From Candidatus Omnitrophota bacterium (GTDB lineage: Bacteria > Omnitrophota > Omnitrophia > Omnitrophales > Omnitrophaceae), in the NCBI GenBank assembly GCA_029561555.1, contig JAKQXH010000045.1, positions 1 to 56,950 on the forward strand: a stretch of DNA of 56,950 nt. Direction: 5' to 3'. The translations under genes were made by a program, and so were the position numbers. This document shows, piece by piece, positions 1 through 9,603 of the stretch; within the stretch, counting starts at the first letter, position 1, and every line of letters starts with the position of its first letter. The notes beneath the pieces are model-generated. The model was given only the letters and a program-made list of their open reading frames with translations, was not told where the DNA came from and did no database searches.

Positions 1-3000
1 CTGCTCCCACTTCCGCACCTGATCCAAGACCTCATCCGCTTCCGTTTTGCGCCGCTTCAAATCTTCCAGCAAATTCCCCACACGCTCCATCTCGCCCGAA
101 ATTTCGGGATCTCCCGTCGTGTTCTTCAAGGCCGCCGCTAAGGCCTCATATTTCCGGGCCTCCGATCCCAGATTTCCCGCCAGATTCCCCACTTCCGCCG
201 AACTCCTCCGCTCCAGCCCTTCAAAATCCTTTGCGATAATCCCCAGTGTCTCTTCCAATCCGGCCAGCACCTGCTTCACGGCCGCTACTTCCTCCTGCCG
301 CCGGGCTTCAACAGCGATTTTTTCCTTTAAAATCTCCTTCTCTTCGTTGATCATGTTTTTTGTTTCGTTCAACATGTCACCGACATGACTCCCGATTTCG
401 GCAATCTGACCGGATCCCGTCGTATTGGATAGCCCGGAAAATTCCCGGACGATTCCGTCCATCCGGGATTCAAGCGCTTGAATCCCGGCTTCCATCCCGG
501 CCGGATCTTTTCCCTCCAAACCCCGGCACTCGACGCCCAAAGCCGTCAAATCTTTCGCGACCTTATCGTAAAAATTCTTCGCAATCCGTTCTTCTTCATT
601 TCTCCGGGACTCAAACCCCCTGACGCTTTTCAAAAATTCGGCAATGTCCAGCCGGAAGCCTTTGAGTTCTTCCATCACTTGATCCGCTTCTACCAACATC
701 CGAGTTACCGTCTCCGAGCCCGTCGTGTTCGCCAGCCCGTTCCGTTCGGTTTCATATTCCGCAAGCCGTTGCCCCAAGTCGGTGAGAACCCCCTCGATTT
801 CATCCGAAGATTTTCCTTCCAACTCTCCCGCGCCGGCTTGCATCCCGCTCAAGTCGCCGGAGACTTTCTCCAAAAACAGCTTCGCATCGTCTGCTTCGCG
901 AATCCCCCTCGCCTCCGACTCCTTCGCCTCATCCAATAATCTCGAAGCTTCCGTTTCCACATCCTGCAATTCCGCAAGAAATTCCGAGATCTCTATTGCC
1001 GCGCGATCGACTTCCGGAGAACCGGATGAATTTTGAAGTCCTCCGTATTCCGCTTCGTAAGCCCGCAGCTGCTTCCGGAAACCATCCAAATACTCGCCCA
1101 ACTCCGCCGCGGGTTTCCCCTTCAATTCCGCAAATTCCGCACCCGCATTCCCCACTTCACGCTCCACGCGTTTCCTCAATCCTTCGGCGAGGCGATTCTC
1201 CTCAAGCCGGATTTCTTCCCGGGCCCTCAGGTCATCCAATCTTCGCTCCATTTCAATCTCAGCCCCTTTGAGATTTTCCATCGACTCCTGAATCCTTCGC
1301 AACGCCCCGGAAACTTTTTCCGATCCCGCCGTATTCTGAAGCCCGCCGTATTCCGCTTCATAATTCAGGATTGCTCCTTTCAAATCTTCCGTTTCTTTTT
1401 CCGCTATCCCCAAGCCCTTTGTCCCAAACACGGCCATCTTTTCCTTTAACGCTTCCTTTTCCTTTCCGATTAACCTTTCCAAACGCTCGGTAGAAGCTTC
1501 TTCATTAAGCCTTCTTTGCTCCAGCTCCTCAATTCCCTTGTAAATATTCTCTGCTTTCGACTGCAGTCCCTGCAGATTCTCCAGCGATTCAGCGATCTTC
1601 CGGTTGAATCGCTCAACCTCTTCCGATCCGAAGGTGTTTTTCAACCCCTGGAATTCGCTCTCCCATCCGGAAATCCTCCCCTCCAGGGCATCAAGAAAAT
1701 CACGGGCCTCACGCGCATTTTGGCCGCTCAAAGATCCGAGCGCCGAGTTCAACCCTCCGATTTCCCGTTCGATCTCTCCCGCTAAATCCTTTGAAGCTTT
1801 TTCCTCGGCCGATCGAAGATCCTCGCGGGCCTTCACCCCGGCAAGGACTTGCTCTCCTTCCCCGACAAGGGCTTGTATCTCCTCAATCCTCTGCCCCGCC
1901 TCGGCAATCATCCGCGTCACCGCTTCCGAACCCGTTGTGTTGACAATACACCCCATTTCGTCTTTATAAGCGGAAATTTTCCCTCTCATCCCTTCGAGAA
2001 AAACTTCGATTGAATCGGAACTGCTTCCGGTTAAAGTCTTGCTCTCCCCTCTGAAAATTTCCAAAGCCTTCTTCACCCGGTCGGCAAAATCCCGCGCCGA
2101 TTGTTTTTCTTCTTCCCTCTTCGCCTCCGAATTTTTTGCCGCCGCCAGAATTTTCCTGCCTTCCCCGGCCAGCCCGCGTAGCGCATCCAGTGTCTTTCCG
2201 GCCTCCGAAGCTTCACGAGAAATCTCCTGGGAGCTCGTCGTGTTTTTCAGTCCCCGAAGCTCCTCCCCGTAACGGCCGATGCTCGCTTCCATATCCGAAA
2301 GTGAAAGTTCGATATCGCGGGAAGCCGTCCCCGCAAAACTTGAAATCTTCGCGTTCGCCATTTCCCGCGTTTTGACAATCCGTTCCAGCAGATCACGCGC
2401 GAGGAGTTCCTCCTCGCTTCGAAGGGCTTCCGTTTTCCGGATGGCCTCCAGATCCTTTTCCGCCTCCTGTCCCATCCGCTCGAGTTCATCCAGAAGTTCC
2501 CAGATCTCCCGGCTCGACTGGGCAATGAACCTCGATCCCGTCGTGTTCTGAATGGCTTCATACTCCCTTCCGTGAATCCCGAGACTTTCTCCCAGCCGTT
2601 TCAGAAAATCTTCGATCGCATTCCCGTTTTGAGCATCCCGCGCGTTAAATTCCGCCCGGAATCCGTTTAAATCCTTTTCGATCCTTTCTTTCAAAGCGCC
2701 TACGGTACTTTCTTCCTTCTGCCTTTGCTTCTCGCGGACTTCGGCAATCCGAAGTTTCTCCCGGGCCGGTTTTCCCGCTTCTTCAAGCAAAGGCAGCAAC
2801 CGCTCGGCTTGGGACACGGATTGCTCGATGACTGAAGAGGTCTCTCCCCCCTTCAAACCCGCCACTGCGTTCCGAAAGGTCTCGAGGCGCGTGCGTAGGC
2901 TTTCAATGAAATTCCGAACCGCGACAGGATCGTTTTCGCCGAGCCGTTTTTGCTCTCTGTCGGTTTCGTCTATCGCCGTCTGAATCTGACCGCACAAGCC

Positions 3001-6000
3001 GGCGGCCTCCGCTTCTCTCTGCCGTCGGATCTGCTCCGCCTGTAAAACCCCGCTCAGAACCCCGGATGCCTTCTTCTCGCATTCCATGAGCCGCTCCAGG
3101 CATTCCGCAATCAGCGGGATCCGCTCTTCAATCGCACCCGAATTCGTCGTATTTTCAATCCCCTGATATTCCCGGCCAAAATCCTCGGTCCGCTTTTTCA
3201 GACCGGAAAGAAAATTCTCGATTTCGGAAGAGTTCCATCCGTTCAATTCCGGCAATTCGCTTTCCGTATCGCCGGCGTCCTTTCGGATCCTTTCATACAG
3301 TTCCCGTGCCGCCGATTCTTCCTGACGGCGTTTTTCCGCCCGCTTTTGCGCTTCGCCGAAAGCGTCCGAAAAAACCTTTTCGTAACCGGTAAGCCGTTCG
3401 AGCAATCCCGCGCATTCTTCGCTGAGTCGACTAACGGATTCGGAAAGCGTGGCGTTGGTCAATCCTCCGTATGTCTTTTCGCATGCCTCCGTTTGCTCTT
3501 TCAGAGCATTCCATTTCTCTGAAATTTCACTCGCCGTCATCGCCCCCAGGCCGCCGGCATCTTTTGTAACCGACGCACACAATCCGCCAAGTTTTTCCTT
3601 CAAAGCGCGCGCGGCGCTTTCATCGGCAGTCCTTTGCTCTTCAATTTTCAGAATCGATTGACGCTCGGCGGTAAGCTGCCCTTCAAAATTTTCCAATTCT
3701 CCCAGAAGGGAAAGAATTCGGGTCTTGAGATCTTTCACTATCGGTGAATCCGTCGTATCCGGAAGACGCCGGGACTCCCCGTCAAACACCTTCAGGTTCT
3801 CCGAAACATCCTGAAGGAGAGATTCGATCGCCGGCAGATCTTCACCGGAAATTTTCGCCAATGAAGCCCGTAACCGATCGGCCGTTGCATCCAGTTTTTC
3901 TTGCACCCCGCGCGCAACCGCTTCCTCGTTTTCCCTGTCTTTTTCCTTCCGGTTCACTTCCGCAAAACGCTCACGGAATCTCCCCTCCAATTCCTCAAGT
4001 GCATTCAGTGTGTTGGCAATTTTGGACTGAAGGAAAGAAACTCCCGCAGACTGCACGGTGTTCTCAAGCTTTTGGGAGGAATCCCGTAATTCGGCTATCC
4101 GGTCTTCAAGCGTTTTGGACGTCTCCCCCAACTCGCGCGAAGAAAGCCGTTCGGACTGTGAAAAAGCGGCTTTAAAGTCACTCAAGGCTTTCTCGACTTC
4201 CCCGTAAAGCCCCTGTGCGGCACGCTCCTCTCCGATTCGGATCAACCGGTTTCGTTTTTTCAGCAAAGCTTGATCCTCCTCGCTCAGCTGATCCGCAATG
4301 GAAGAAAGCCCCTGCCGAATCTCCTCGACTTGCTCAGACCCCGTTGTGTTGAGCAGTCCTTTCATCTGGGTCGACAGTGTTTCGCTCAACCCCGCTATTT
4401 TGGCCCTTGTCTCTTCGATCAGGGAAAGTTGATCCCCGAGACCTTCCGTCTCCGCGAACAACTGCCGTTGTGTCTCGCTCCATTCATCCAGACACTTGCG
4501 GGCGACGCCGGCTTCCTCGCGTTCAACGATTTTCAATTGCCGGATCCGGTCTTCCAATTTCCCCCGCTCCGACTCAAATTCCCGCGCCAGTTCCGACAAT
4601 TCAAGACGGCAGGACTTTATTTCACCGGACAAAAATTGGTCCGCTAACCCCTCCGAACCCGTTTTAAAACCGGAAATCATCTGCCGGATTTCGGAATCGG
4701 CACCTTCCAAAGCTTGAAGATCCGTGCCCAGGATCCCTTCCAACCGCTTTCGAAACGCCTCGGCCCGTGTTTTCTCCTGTTCCAAAAGTTGACGGGCATC
4801 GGCTTCTTCCTGTTTTTTCAGCAAATCGTTTTTTTGGGCTTCCAGCCGTACCCCTTCCGCTTGCAATCCGGCAAGAATCCCCTCGCATTTCTGCTTCAGG
4901 TCCGGAAAACTCATGGCGGCGACTTGATCCCCGGCATCCTGCAGAAATTCCCTTAACTGTTTTTCAAAATACTCAATCCGGGCAACATCCGCTTGAGCCC
5001 CCGTCCGCGAAATCTCGCTCCGGAAGCTTCTTTCAAAAGTTTCTATTTCCTCCAACGAAGCCTGTTCCTCGTCCCGGACCCGTTTTTCCCTCAACTGAAG
5101 TACGCGAAGCCGTTCGGCAACCTGAACTTCGAAACTCCCCATCTCTTCGAGCATATCGGCCAAGCTTTCTTCCATTCGAATGATGGAAACCGCCCCGGTC
5201 GAATTCGGAAGGAGATTGTATTCTTCAAGAAATGATTCTTTTTTCTCGCGAATGGCCTCGAGGTAAGATTCCAGTTCTTCCGCGCCTTTCGTTCTAACGG
5301 ACGGATGAAGCGATTCAAGCCGTTGCAATTCCGCGGTCACTTTATCGTAAAGAGCCTTGCAAATTTCCTCTTCTTCCCTCACCAACACGGCGGTGCTCGG
5401 CCGTTCTTTTTTCCCGCCGGTTTTCTCTTCGAGCTCGGCTTTCTCGTCAGCCAAGCGTCTCGCATGCTCCGCTTTTCTGGCTATTCTTTGAGCTTCGTCT
5501 TTCTCAGCAGCTGCTTTTTCCGCAACGGCCTGCCGTTCGGCCTCAGCCTGTTTCGCAATGCGCTCTGCTTCGTCTCTCTCTGCGGCTGCCTTTTCCGCAG
5601 CGGCTTTCTCCGCAGCGGCCTGCCGTTCAGCCTCAGCCTGTTTCGCAATGCGCTCCGCTTGGGCCCTCTCTGCGGCTGCCTTTTCCGCAGCGGCTTTCTC
5701 CGCAGCGGCCTGCCGCTCAGCCTCAGCCTGTTTCGCAATGCGCTCCGCTTCGGCCTTCTCTGCGGCTGCCTTTTCCGCAGCGGCTTTTTCTAAAAGCTCT
5801 TTCCGCTTTAACTCAAGTTCCTCCCGGCGCATATCCAAATTCTGCACCATGCTCTGAATTCTTTTCTGAAAACCTTCAATTCGAATATCCCGGGTCGAGT
5901 TAAGAAGGTCTTCCGCCTTTTTCGAAAATTCATTGTTCAGGGAAACGATCTCTTCGATTTTCGCGTCTAAAGCCGCGGAATTCTGCGGAACCGTTTCCAA

Positions 6001-7923
6001 TTCGCCGCAAAGCCCTTCGAAAGTCATATTGATCTGCTCAACGGTTTTCTCCGCAGAAGCATATTCTTCTTCGCGGACTTCCCTTAGCGCGCCAAGTGTT
6101 TCTTTCAGATCATCACCCCGCTGACGGAGAATCCCGAGGTATTTCTGAATCTCCCCTTTTTGCGTCTCAATGGCCTCCCCGAACCCTCCGGGGATGAGCT
6201 CCCATTGCCGCTGAATTTCCTGAATCATGGAATCCACGTTCCGGATATTTTCTTCCAGCGCGTTTTCATCCTCCGCCGAAACGCCGCTCAACTGCTCATC
6301 CAACGCCGAGACCTTCTGCCGGACATCCGAAAGGACGACTTCAACCCGACGCCGGATCTCCTTCATTTCTTCCGATTCCTGTTCCGTTTCGGGAGACTTT
6401 TGTTTTTCCGGCGGCACAGTTGCCGGCTTTTCGGATTTTCCGCTCTCAACCAGCTGAGAAGCTTTCTCTTCCGATGCCGGAGCATTGCTCCTCGTCTGCC
6501 CCTGGACCTGTCCTGAAATCAAAGCATTTTTAATGCCGATCAAGCGTTTCAATTCGGAAGTCAACTCGGCAGTAATCGCCCGGATGACGCTTTCCGTTGA
6601 GACATCCGAACGGGAAGCCAATTCCTGCAAATTCCGGATCTCGTTCTCAAGGTATTGGGTCAGCCCCTCGACCGCATCCAAGTTGTTCTTGTCAGTATTT
6701 TGAATTTTAAAGAGCAATTCATCCTTGGCGTCCAGCAGCTCTTCGACCGAAAGCCCTTCACCGGTCGCTTCCTCCTCTTGAGCACCTCCTTCCGCCTTCA
6801 GTCTTTCCGCTTCGGAACGCAATTCCTCTTTCTTGTTCTCAAGACCGGTCAGCATCTCGAAAACCCTCTGTTTCCGCAATTCGACCGAAGGGCTGACGCC
6901 GGCAGAAGTCATTTGGTCCAATTGAGCGGAAATCTTGGACGTTTTTTTCTCCAAGTAGCGAATGGCTTTCTCCACATCGATCCGGCTGCTGTGATTCAGG
7001 GTAATCAGGCGGGAGTTGACCTTTTCCATGTCTTTCCTGATCCGATCGAGAATCTCCTCGCTCGGGTCTCTGTTTTCGGCAACCGCATTTTCCCTCACTT
7101 CCCACTCGGCTCGCGGCGTTTCTTTCTCAGACATAGCCCCGGATTCCGTTTCAGCGGCCGTTTTTTCCTCCGCCAACGGCAAAACCGCATCGGCCCTCCG
7201 GAAACCCAGATTTTTAGGAAGCGGCAGCATATACGCCATCTCCAAAAAACGTTGAGCCACGCCGAGCTGACTGTAAAAAGCCTCAAAATCAATACCGGCG
7301 CTTCCCAAAATCCGCTCGACCTGATCACTGGAAAAACCGTAAAGGATAAAAACAAACGCCATCAGATAAAGCGAATCTCCCGTAAACTGGGAGTCTTTCA
7401 GAATGATTTCCCTCAACCCGGGATCGGAGAATTCCTTTTCCAATACCGCAACGTCGGGAGGATTGTTTTCCGCAATTAAAACATCCGCATTCACTTGAGC
7501 TTCGTAGGCGATATTCGCCAGGGAGGACACGGTAGAAGCATGGATCCGCATGTCTTCAGCCAGACTTTTGAGTTCTTCGTCTTCAAGCCCCCGTTTAGCG
7601 GCTTCAAGAAAAACCATCGCCAGCGCAAGCCCCAAAGGATAATTTTCGCCCATCTGAGTATCAAACCCGTGCGCTTCCAAAACCGGGTTGAACTTCCCGG
7701 GCGCCGCGAGCAAAACGGGAGGGAATGCCTCGCGGGCTCCAGAAGACGTTTGTATCTCTTCGGTGTCCGGACGGTTTCTCGCAAAAGCATAATGGACCCC
7801 GAACATCCCGGGAGGGAGAATGAAAAGAAAAGAAAAAGAGATCAGAACCAGAGAAGCCAGCGTTCTGAGTGTGGTCGGGCGGTAGAAAAAATTAGACATG
7901 AGATCGATTAGGCGCTTCTGCAT
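1..7923 (-). CDS. Giant exported alpha-helical repeat protein, >2,640 aa, 3' end outside the window
   Basis: ATG at 7923 (alternative ATG 7899). Hand translation of many lines in this frame shows no stop down to base 1 (...LKRRKTEADEVLDQVRKWEQ), and the ORF track lists no ORF in this frame, as expected for an ORF lacking a stop in the window. N-terminus ...RTLASLVLISFSFLFILPPGMFGVHYAFA|RN looks like a Sec/SPI signal peptide; the rest is E/K/R/A/L-rich. Confidence 0.93.
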   Translation of the reverse strand, partial: MQKRLIDLMSNFFYRPTTLRTLASLVLISFSFLFILPPGMFGVHYAFARNRPDTEEIQTSSGAREAFPPVLLAAPGKFNPVLEAHGFDTQMGENYPLGLALAMVFLEAAKRGLEDEELKSLAEDMRIHASTVSSLANIAYEAQVNADVLIAENNPPDVAVLEKEFSDPGLREIILKDSQFTGDSLYLMAFVFILYGFSSDQVERILGSAGIDFEAFYSQLGVAQRFLEMAYMLPLPKNLGFRRADAVLPLAEEKTAAETESGAMSEKETPRAEWEVRENAVAENRDPSEEILDRIRKDMEKVNSRLITLNHSSRIDVEKAIRYLEKKTSKISAQLDQMTSAGVSPSVELRKQRVFEMLTGLENKKEELRSEAERLKAEGGAQEEEATGEGLSVEELLDAKDELLFKIQNTDKNNLDAVEGLTQYLENEIRNLQELASRSDVSTESVIRAITAELTSELKRLIGIKNALISGQVQGQTRSNAPASEEKASQLVESGKSEKPATVPPEKQKSPETEQESEEMKEIRRRVEVVLSDVRQKVSALDEQLSGVSAEDENALEENIRNVDSMIQEIQRQWELIPGGFGEAIETQKGEIQKYLGILRQRGDDLKETLGALREVREEEYASAEKTVEQINMTFEGLCGELETVPQNSAALDAKIEEIVSLNNEFSKKAEDLLNSTRDIRIEGFQKRIQSMVQNLDMRREELELKRKELLEKAAAEKAAAEKAEAERIAKQAEAERQAAAEKAAAEKAAAERAQAERIAKQAEAERQAAAEKAAAEKAAAERDEAERIAKQAEAERQAVAEKAAAEKDEAQRIARKAEHARRLADEKAELEEKTGGKKERPSTAVLVREEEEICKALYDKVTAELQRLESLHPSVRTKGAEELESYLEAIREKKESFLEEYNLLPNSTGAVSIIRMEESLADMLEEMGSFEVQVAERLRVLQLREKRVRDEEQASLEEIETFERSFRSEISRTGAQADVARIEYFEKQLREFLQDAGDQVAAMSFPDLKQKCEGILAGLQAEGVRLEAQKNDLLKKQEEADARQLLEQEKTRAEAFRKRLEGILGTDLQALEGADSEIRQMISGFKTGSEGLADQFLSGEIKSCRLELSELAREFESERGKLEDRIRQLKIVEREEAGVARKCLDEWSETQRQLFAETEGLGDQLSLIEETRAKIAGLSETLSTQMKGLLNTTGSEQVEEIRQGLSSIADQLSEEDQALLKKRNRLIRIGEERAAQGLYGEVEKALSDFKAAFSQSERLSSRELGETSKTLEDRIAELRDSSQKLENTVQSAGVSFLQSKIANTLNALEELEGRFRERFAEVNRKEKDRENEEAVARGVQEKLDATADRLRASLAKISGEDLPAIESLLQDVSENLKVFDGESRRLPDTTDSPIVKDLKTRILSLLGELENFEGQLTAERQSILKIEEQRTADESAARALKEKLGGLCASVTKDAGGLGAMTASEISEKWNALKEQTEACEKTYGGLTNATLSESVSRLSEECAGLLERLTGYEKVFSDAFGEAQKRAEKRRQEESAARELYERIRKDAGDTESELPELNGWNSSEIENFLSGLKKRTEDFGREYQGIENTTNSGAIEERIPLIAECLERLMECEKKASGVLSGVLQAEQIRRQREAEAAGLCGQIQTAIDETDREQKRLGENDPVAVRNFIESLRTRLETFRNAVAGLKGGETSSVIEQSVSQAERLLPLLEEAGKPAREKLRIAEVREKQRQKEESTVGALKERIEKDLNGFRAEFNARDAQNGNAIEDFLKRLGESLGIHGREYEAIQNTTGSRFIAQSSREIWELLDELERMGQEAEKDLEAIRKTEALRSEEELLARDLLERIVKTREMANAKISSFAGTASRDIELSLSDMEASIGRYGEELRGLKNTTSSQEISREASEAGKTLDALRGLAGEGRKILAAAKNSEAKREEEKQSARDFADRVKKALEIFRGESKTLTGSSSDSIEVFLEGMRGKISAYKDEMGCIVNTTGSEAVTRMIAEAGQRIEEIQALVGEGEQVLAGVKAREDLRSAEEKASKDLAGEIEREIGGLNSALGSLSGQNAREARDFLDALEGRISGWESEFQGLKNTFGSEEVERFNRKIAESLENLQGLQSKAENIYKGIEELEQRRLNEEASTERLERLIGKEKEALKEKMAVFGTKGLGIAEKETEDLKGAILNYEAEYGGLQNTAGSEKVSGALRRIQESMENLKGAEIEMERRLDDLRAREEIRLEENRLAEGLRKRVEREVGNAGAEFAELKGKPAAELGEYLDGFRKQLRAYEAEYGGLQNSSGSPEVDRAAIEISEFLAELQDVETEASRLLDEAKESEARGIREADDAKLFLEKVSGDLSGMQAGAGELEGKSSDEIEGVLTDLGQRLAEYETERNGLANTTGSETVTRMLVEADQVMEELKGFRLDIAEFLKSVRGFESRRNEEERIAKNFYDKVAKDLTALGVECRGLEGKDPAGMEAGIQALESRMDGIVREFSGLSNTTGSGQIAEIGSHVGDMLNETKNMINEEKEILKEKIAVEARRQEEVAAVKQVLAGLEETLGIIAKDFEGLERRSSAEVGNLAGNLGSEARKYEALAAALKNTTGDPEISGEMERVGNLLEDLKRRKTEADEVLDQVRKWEQ
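61..4370 (-). repeat. Degenerate 303-bp (101-aa) coding tandem repeat, 14 units in exact phase plus degenerate flanking units
   Basis: Anchor motif GLxNTTGS (or variant) has its N/D/G codon at 121, 424, 727, 1030, 1333, 1636, 1939, 2242, 2545, 2848, 3151, 3454, 3757 and 4060, all 303 apart, then at 4348 (288 apart). Confidence 0.9.
5491..5790 (-). repeat. 3 x 90-bp near-identical tandem repeat (plus partial copy) encoding EKAAAEKAAAEKAEAERIAKQAEAERQAAA
   Basis: Units start at 5521, 5611 and 5701 on the + strand (cgca[a/g]cggcctgccg...); in frame with the giant ORF, residues ~712-801. Confidence 0.95.
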
Positions 7924-7947
7924 GGTATAGAGATCATTTAAAAAGAA

Positions 7948-7988
7948 ATTATATCAACATCTCTATGTAACCGCCAATTAATTAATTG
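7948..7988 (-). promoter_or_regulatory. Putative sigma70 promoter of the giant gene with an overlapping palindrome
   Basis: TTGGCG-18 nt-TATAAT with extended TGn (7977..7948); perfect palindrome CAATTAATTAATTG at 7975-7988. Confidence 0.5.
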
Positions 7989-8070
7989 AGCTCACACGGT
8001 GTTTTCCCTATTCAGCGAAGGCAAGACCGTATCAATGGAAATCCGAAAAACGCGGCGAAAATCGCTCGAA

Positions 8071-9603
8071 TTAAACGGAGCGCTTACGTTTCCTTCCCAA
8101 CCAGACCCAAAAAGCGGCTGGAAAAAGCCCCGCAAGGCAGATTTGCGGAAAAAGAAATCCCACTTTCCGGTAAAACGTCCCGGGCAAATCCCCGAAAGAA
8201 ACCGGCCGAATCAGCACCCCCGTAATCCACGTATCATAAGCCCGCTCATTTTTCACCCGGTCCTCGACCTTTCCCTTTGAGGAGATAAAGCCGGAAACCC
8301 CGACGTTTGCGGCCCGGATCACGGGAACGGAATTCTCCACGGCCCGGAAAACGGAAGCCTGCAGGTGCTGGTAAGGAGCCGCCGTTTTTCCGAACCACGC
8401 GTCGTTGGTCAGAACCACCAGAGCCTGAGCCCCCCTGCGCACGAATTTCCGCGCAAGTTCCGGAACAACGTCTTCGAAACAAATCAGCGTCCCCAAACGG
8501 ACCGCCGGACCATTTTCCGGGGAAGGCAGTTCAAAAATGGTAAAGTCTTTTCCGGCCGTAAAATCGCTCACCCCCAGAGCGTATGCGTACGGCTCCAGAA
8601 ACGAGAGGAACGGTTTAAACGGAATATATTCCCCGAACGGAACCAGATGAATTTTGTCGTAGCGGGCCTTCAATTCCCCCTCAGCAGAGAGGAGATAAAC
8701 GCTATTCATGTACAAGCCCACACCTTCCCGGTGAGGGCTTCCCAGCAGCAAAGGCTGTTTCAACTGCTCCGCCAAAAAACGGACCGGAGAAACGGAATAA
8801 TCCTCGTTAAAAAAACCGGGATACGCCGCTTCCGGCCATATCGTCAGGTCCGGATCGTCAAAACTGGCCAATTCGGTCAGTTTCAGGTACTTCTCAAGAA
8901 TCAATCCTCTCAATCCCGCATCCCATTTCTCCTCCTGATCGATATTGCCCTGAACAACGGCGACCCGGAGAATGGGGCCTGACGGCCCCCGGTCATTTCG
9001 GCATTCCCGGAACCCGTATACGAGGTTCAACGCAAAGACGCTGAAACAAATCGCCGCAATCCCGATTTTCCGGTTTCTCTCGCCCGTCCGGAGTATCAGG
9101 AAAACGCCCGCATTGATGAAAGCGACAAGAAAAGAAATGCCGTACGCCCCGATCCATTTCGCCGATTGGATTACCCATAAATTCCCGGCCTGGGAATACG
9201 CAAGCAAATTCCATCCGAAGCCCATGACGGGAATCTCGGCACGGATCCATTCCGAAACGGTCCACAAAGCCGGAATGATTGCGAGAAGAAAAAAGAAAAA
9301 ACGCTTTCTTATCTCCATAAAAAATTTAACGGACATTCCGAAAAGACCGAAGAAAACGGCTTGGTACAAGCACAAAAGCAGGAACCCGGCCCAGGTCACA
9401 TATCGCAGCCAGAAGATCGATCCCAAAAAGAAAAAAAATCCGCAAAAACAAGAGATTTTGAAGGCGTTCCTGATGTTTCTTGATTTTTGAATCGCGATCA
9501 GAAGAGGGACGAGCGAAACCCAGGCAAACCAGCTCAGATCAAAGCGGGGAAACGCGATCATTTGCAGAAAAACCGAAAGAAAAACCAGCCGCTTCCACTT
9601 CAT
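8071..9603 (-). CDS. lnt: Apolipoprotein N-acyltransferase
   Basis: Multiple TM helices plus nitrilase-domain motifs VVQGNI, WPEAA, YDKIHLVPFGEYIP, LICFED, TNDAWFG, RAVEN. Confidence 0.96.
   Translation of the reverse strand: MKWKRLVFLSVFLQMIAFPRFDLSWFAWVSLVPLLIAIQKSRNIRNAFKISCFCGFFFFLGSIFWLRYVTWAGFLLLCLYQAVFFGLFGMSVKFFMEIRKRFFFFLLAIIPALWTVSEWIRAEIPVMGFGWNLLAYSQAGNLWVIQSAKWIGAYGISFLVAFINAGVFLILRTGERNRKIGIAAICFSVFALNLVYGFRECRNDRGPSGPILRVAVVQGNIDQEEKWDAGLRGLILEKYLKLTELASFDDPDLTIWPEAAYPGFFNEDYSVSPVRFLAEQLKQPLLLGSPHREGVGLYMNSVYLLSAEGELKARYDKIHLVPFGEYIPFKPFLSFLEPYAYALGVSDFTAGKDFTIFELPSPENGPAVRLGTLICFEDVVPELARKFVRRGAQALVVLTNDAWFGKTAAPYQHLQASVFRAVENSVPVIRAANVGVSGFISSKGKVEDRVKNERAYDTWITGVLIRPVSFGDLPGTFYRKVGFLFPQICLAGLFPAAFWVWLGRKRKRSV

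Noticed and set aside
5491-5790. 90-bp repeats as a CRISPR array
   Set aside because: Contiguous in-frame coding repeats with no unique spacers and no cas genes.
47-7911. About 50 short ORFs (both strands) listed over the first 7.9 kb
   Set aside because: Shadow or off-frame ORFs of the single giant - strand gene; S/F/R/P-rich antisense composition.
1-7923. Giant protein as SMC ATPase or phage tape measure
   Set aside because: No N-terminal Walker A, a signal peptide is present, the 101-aa period is fixed, and no phage genes are nearby.
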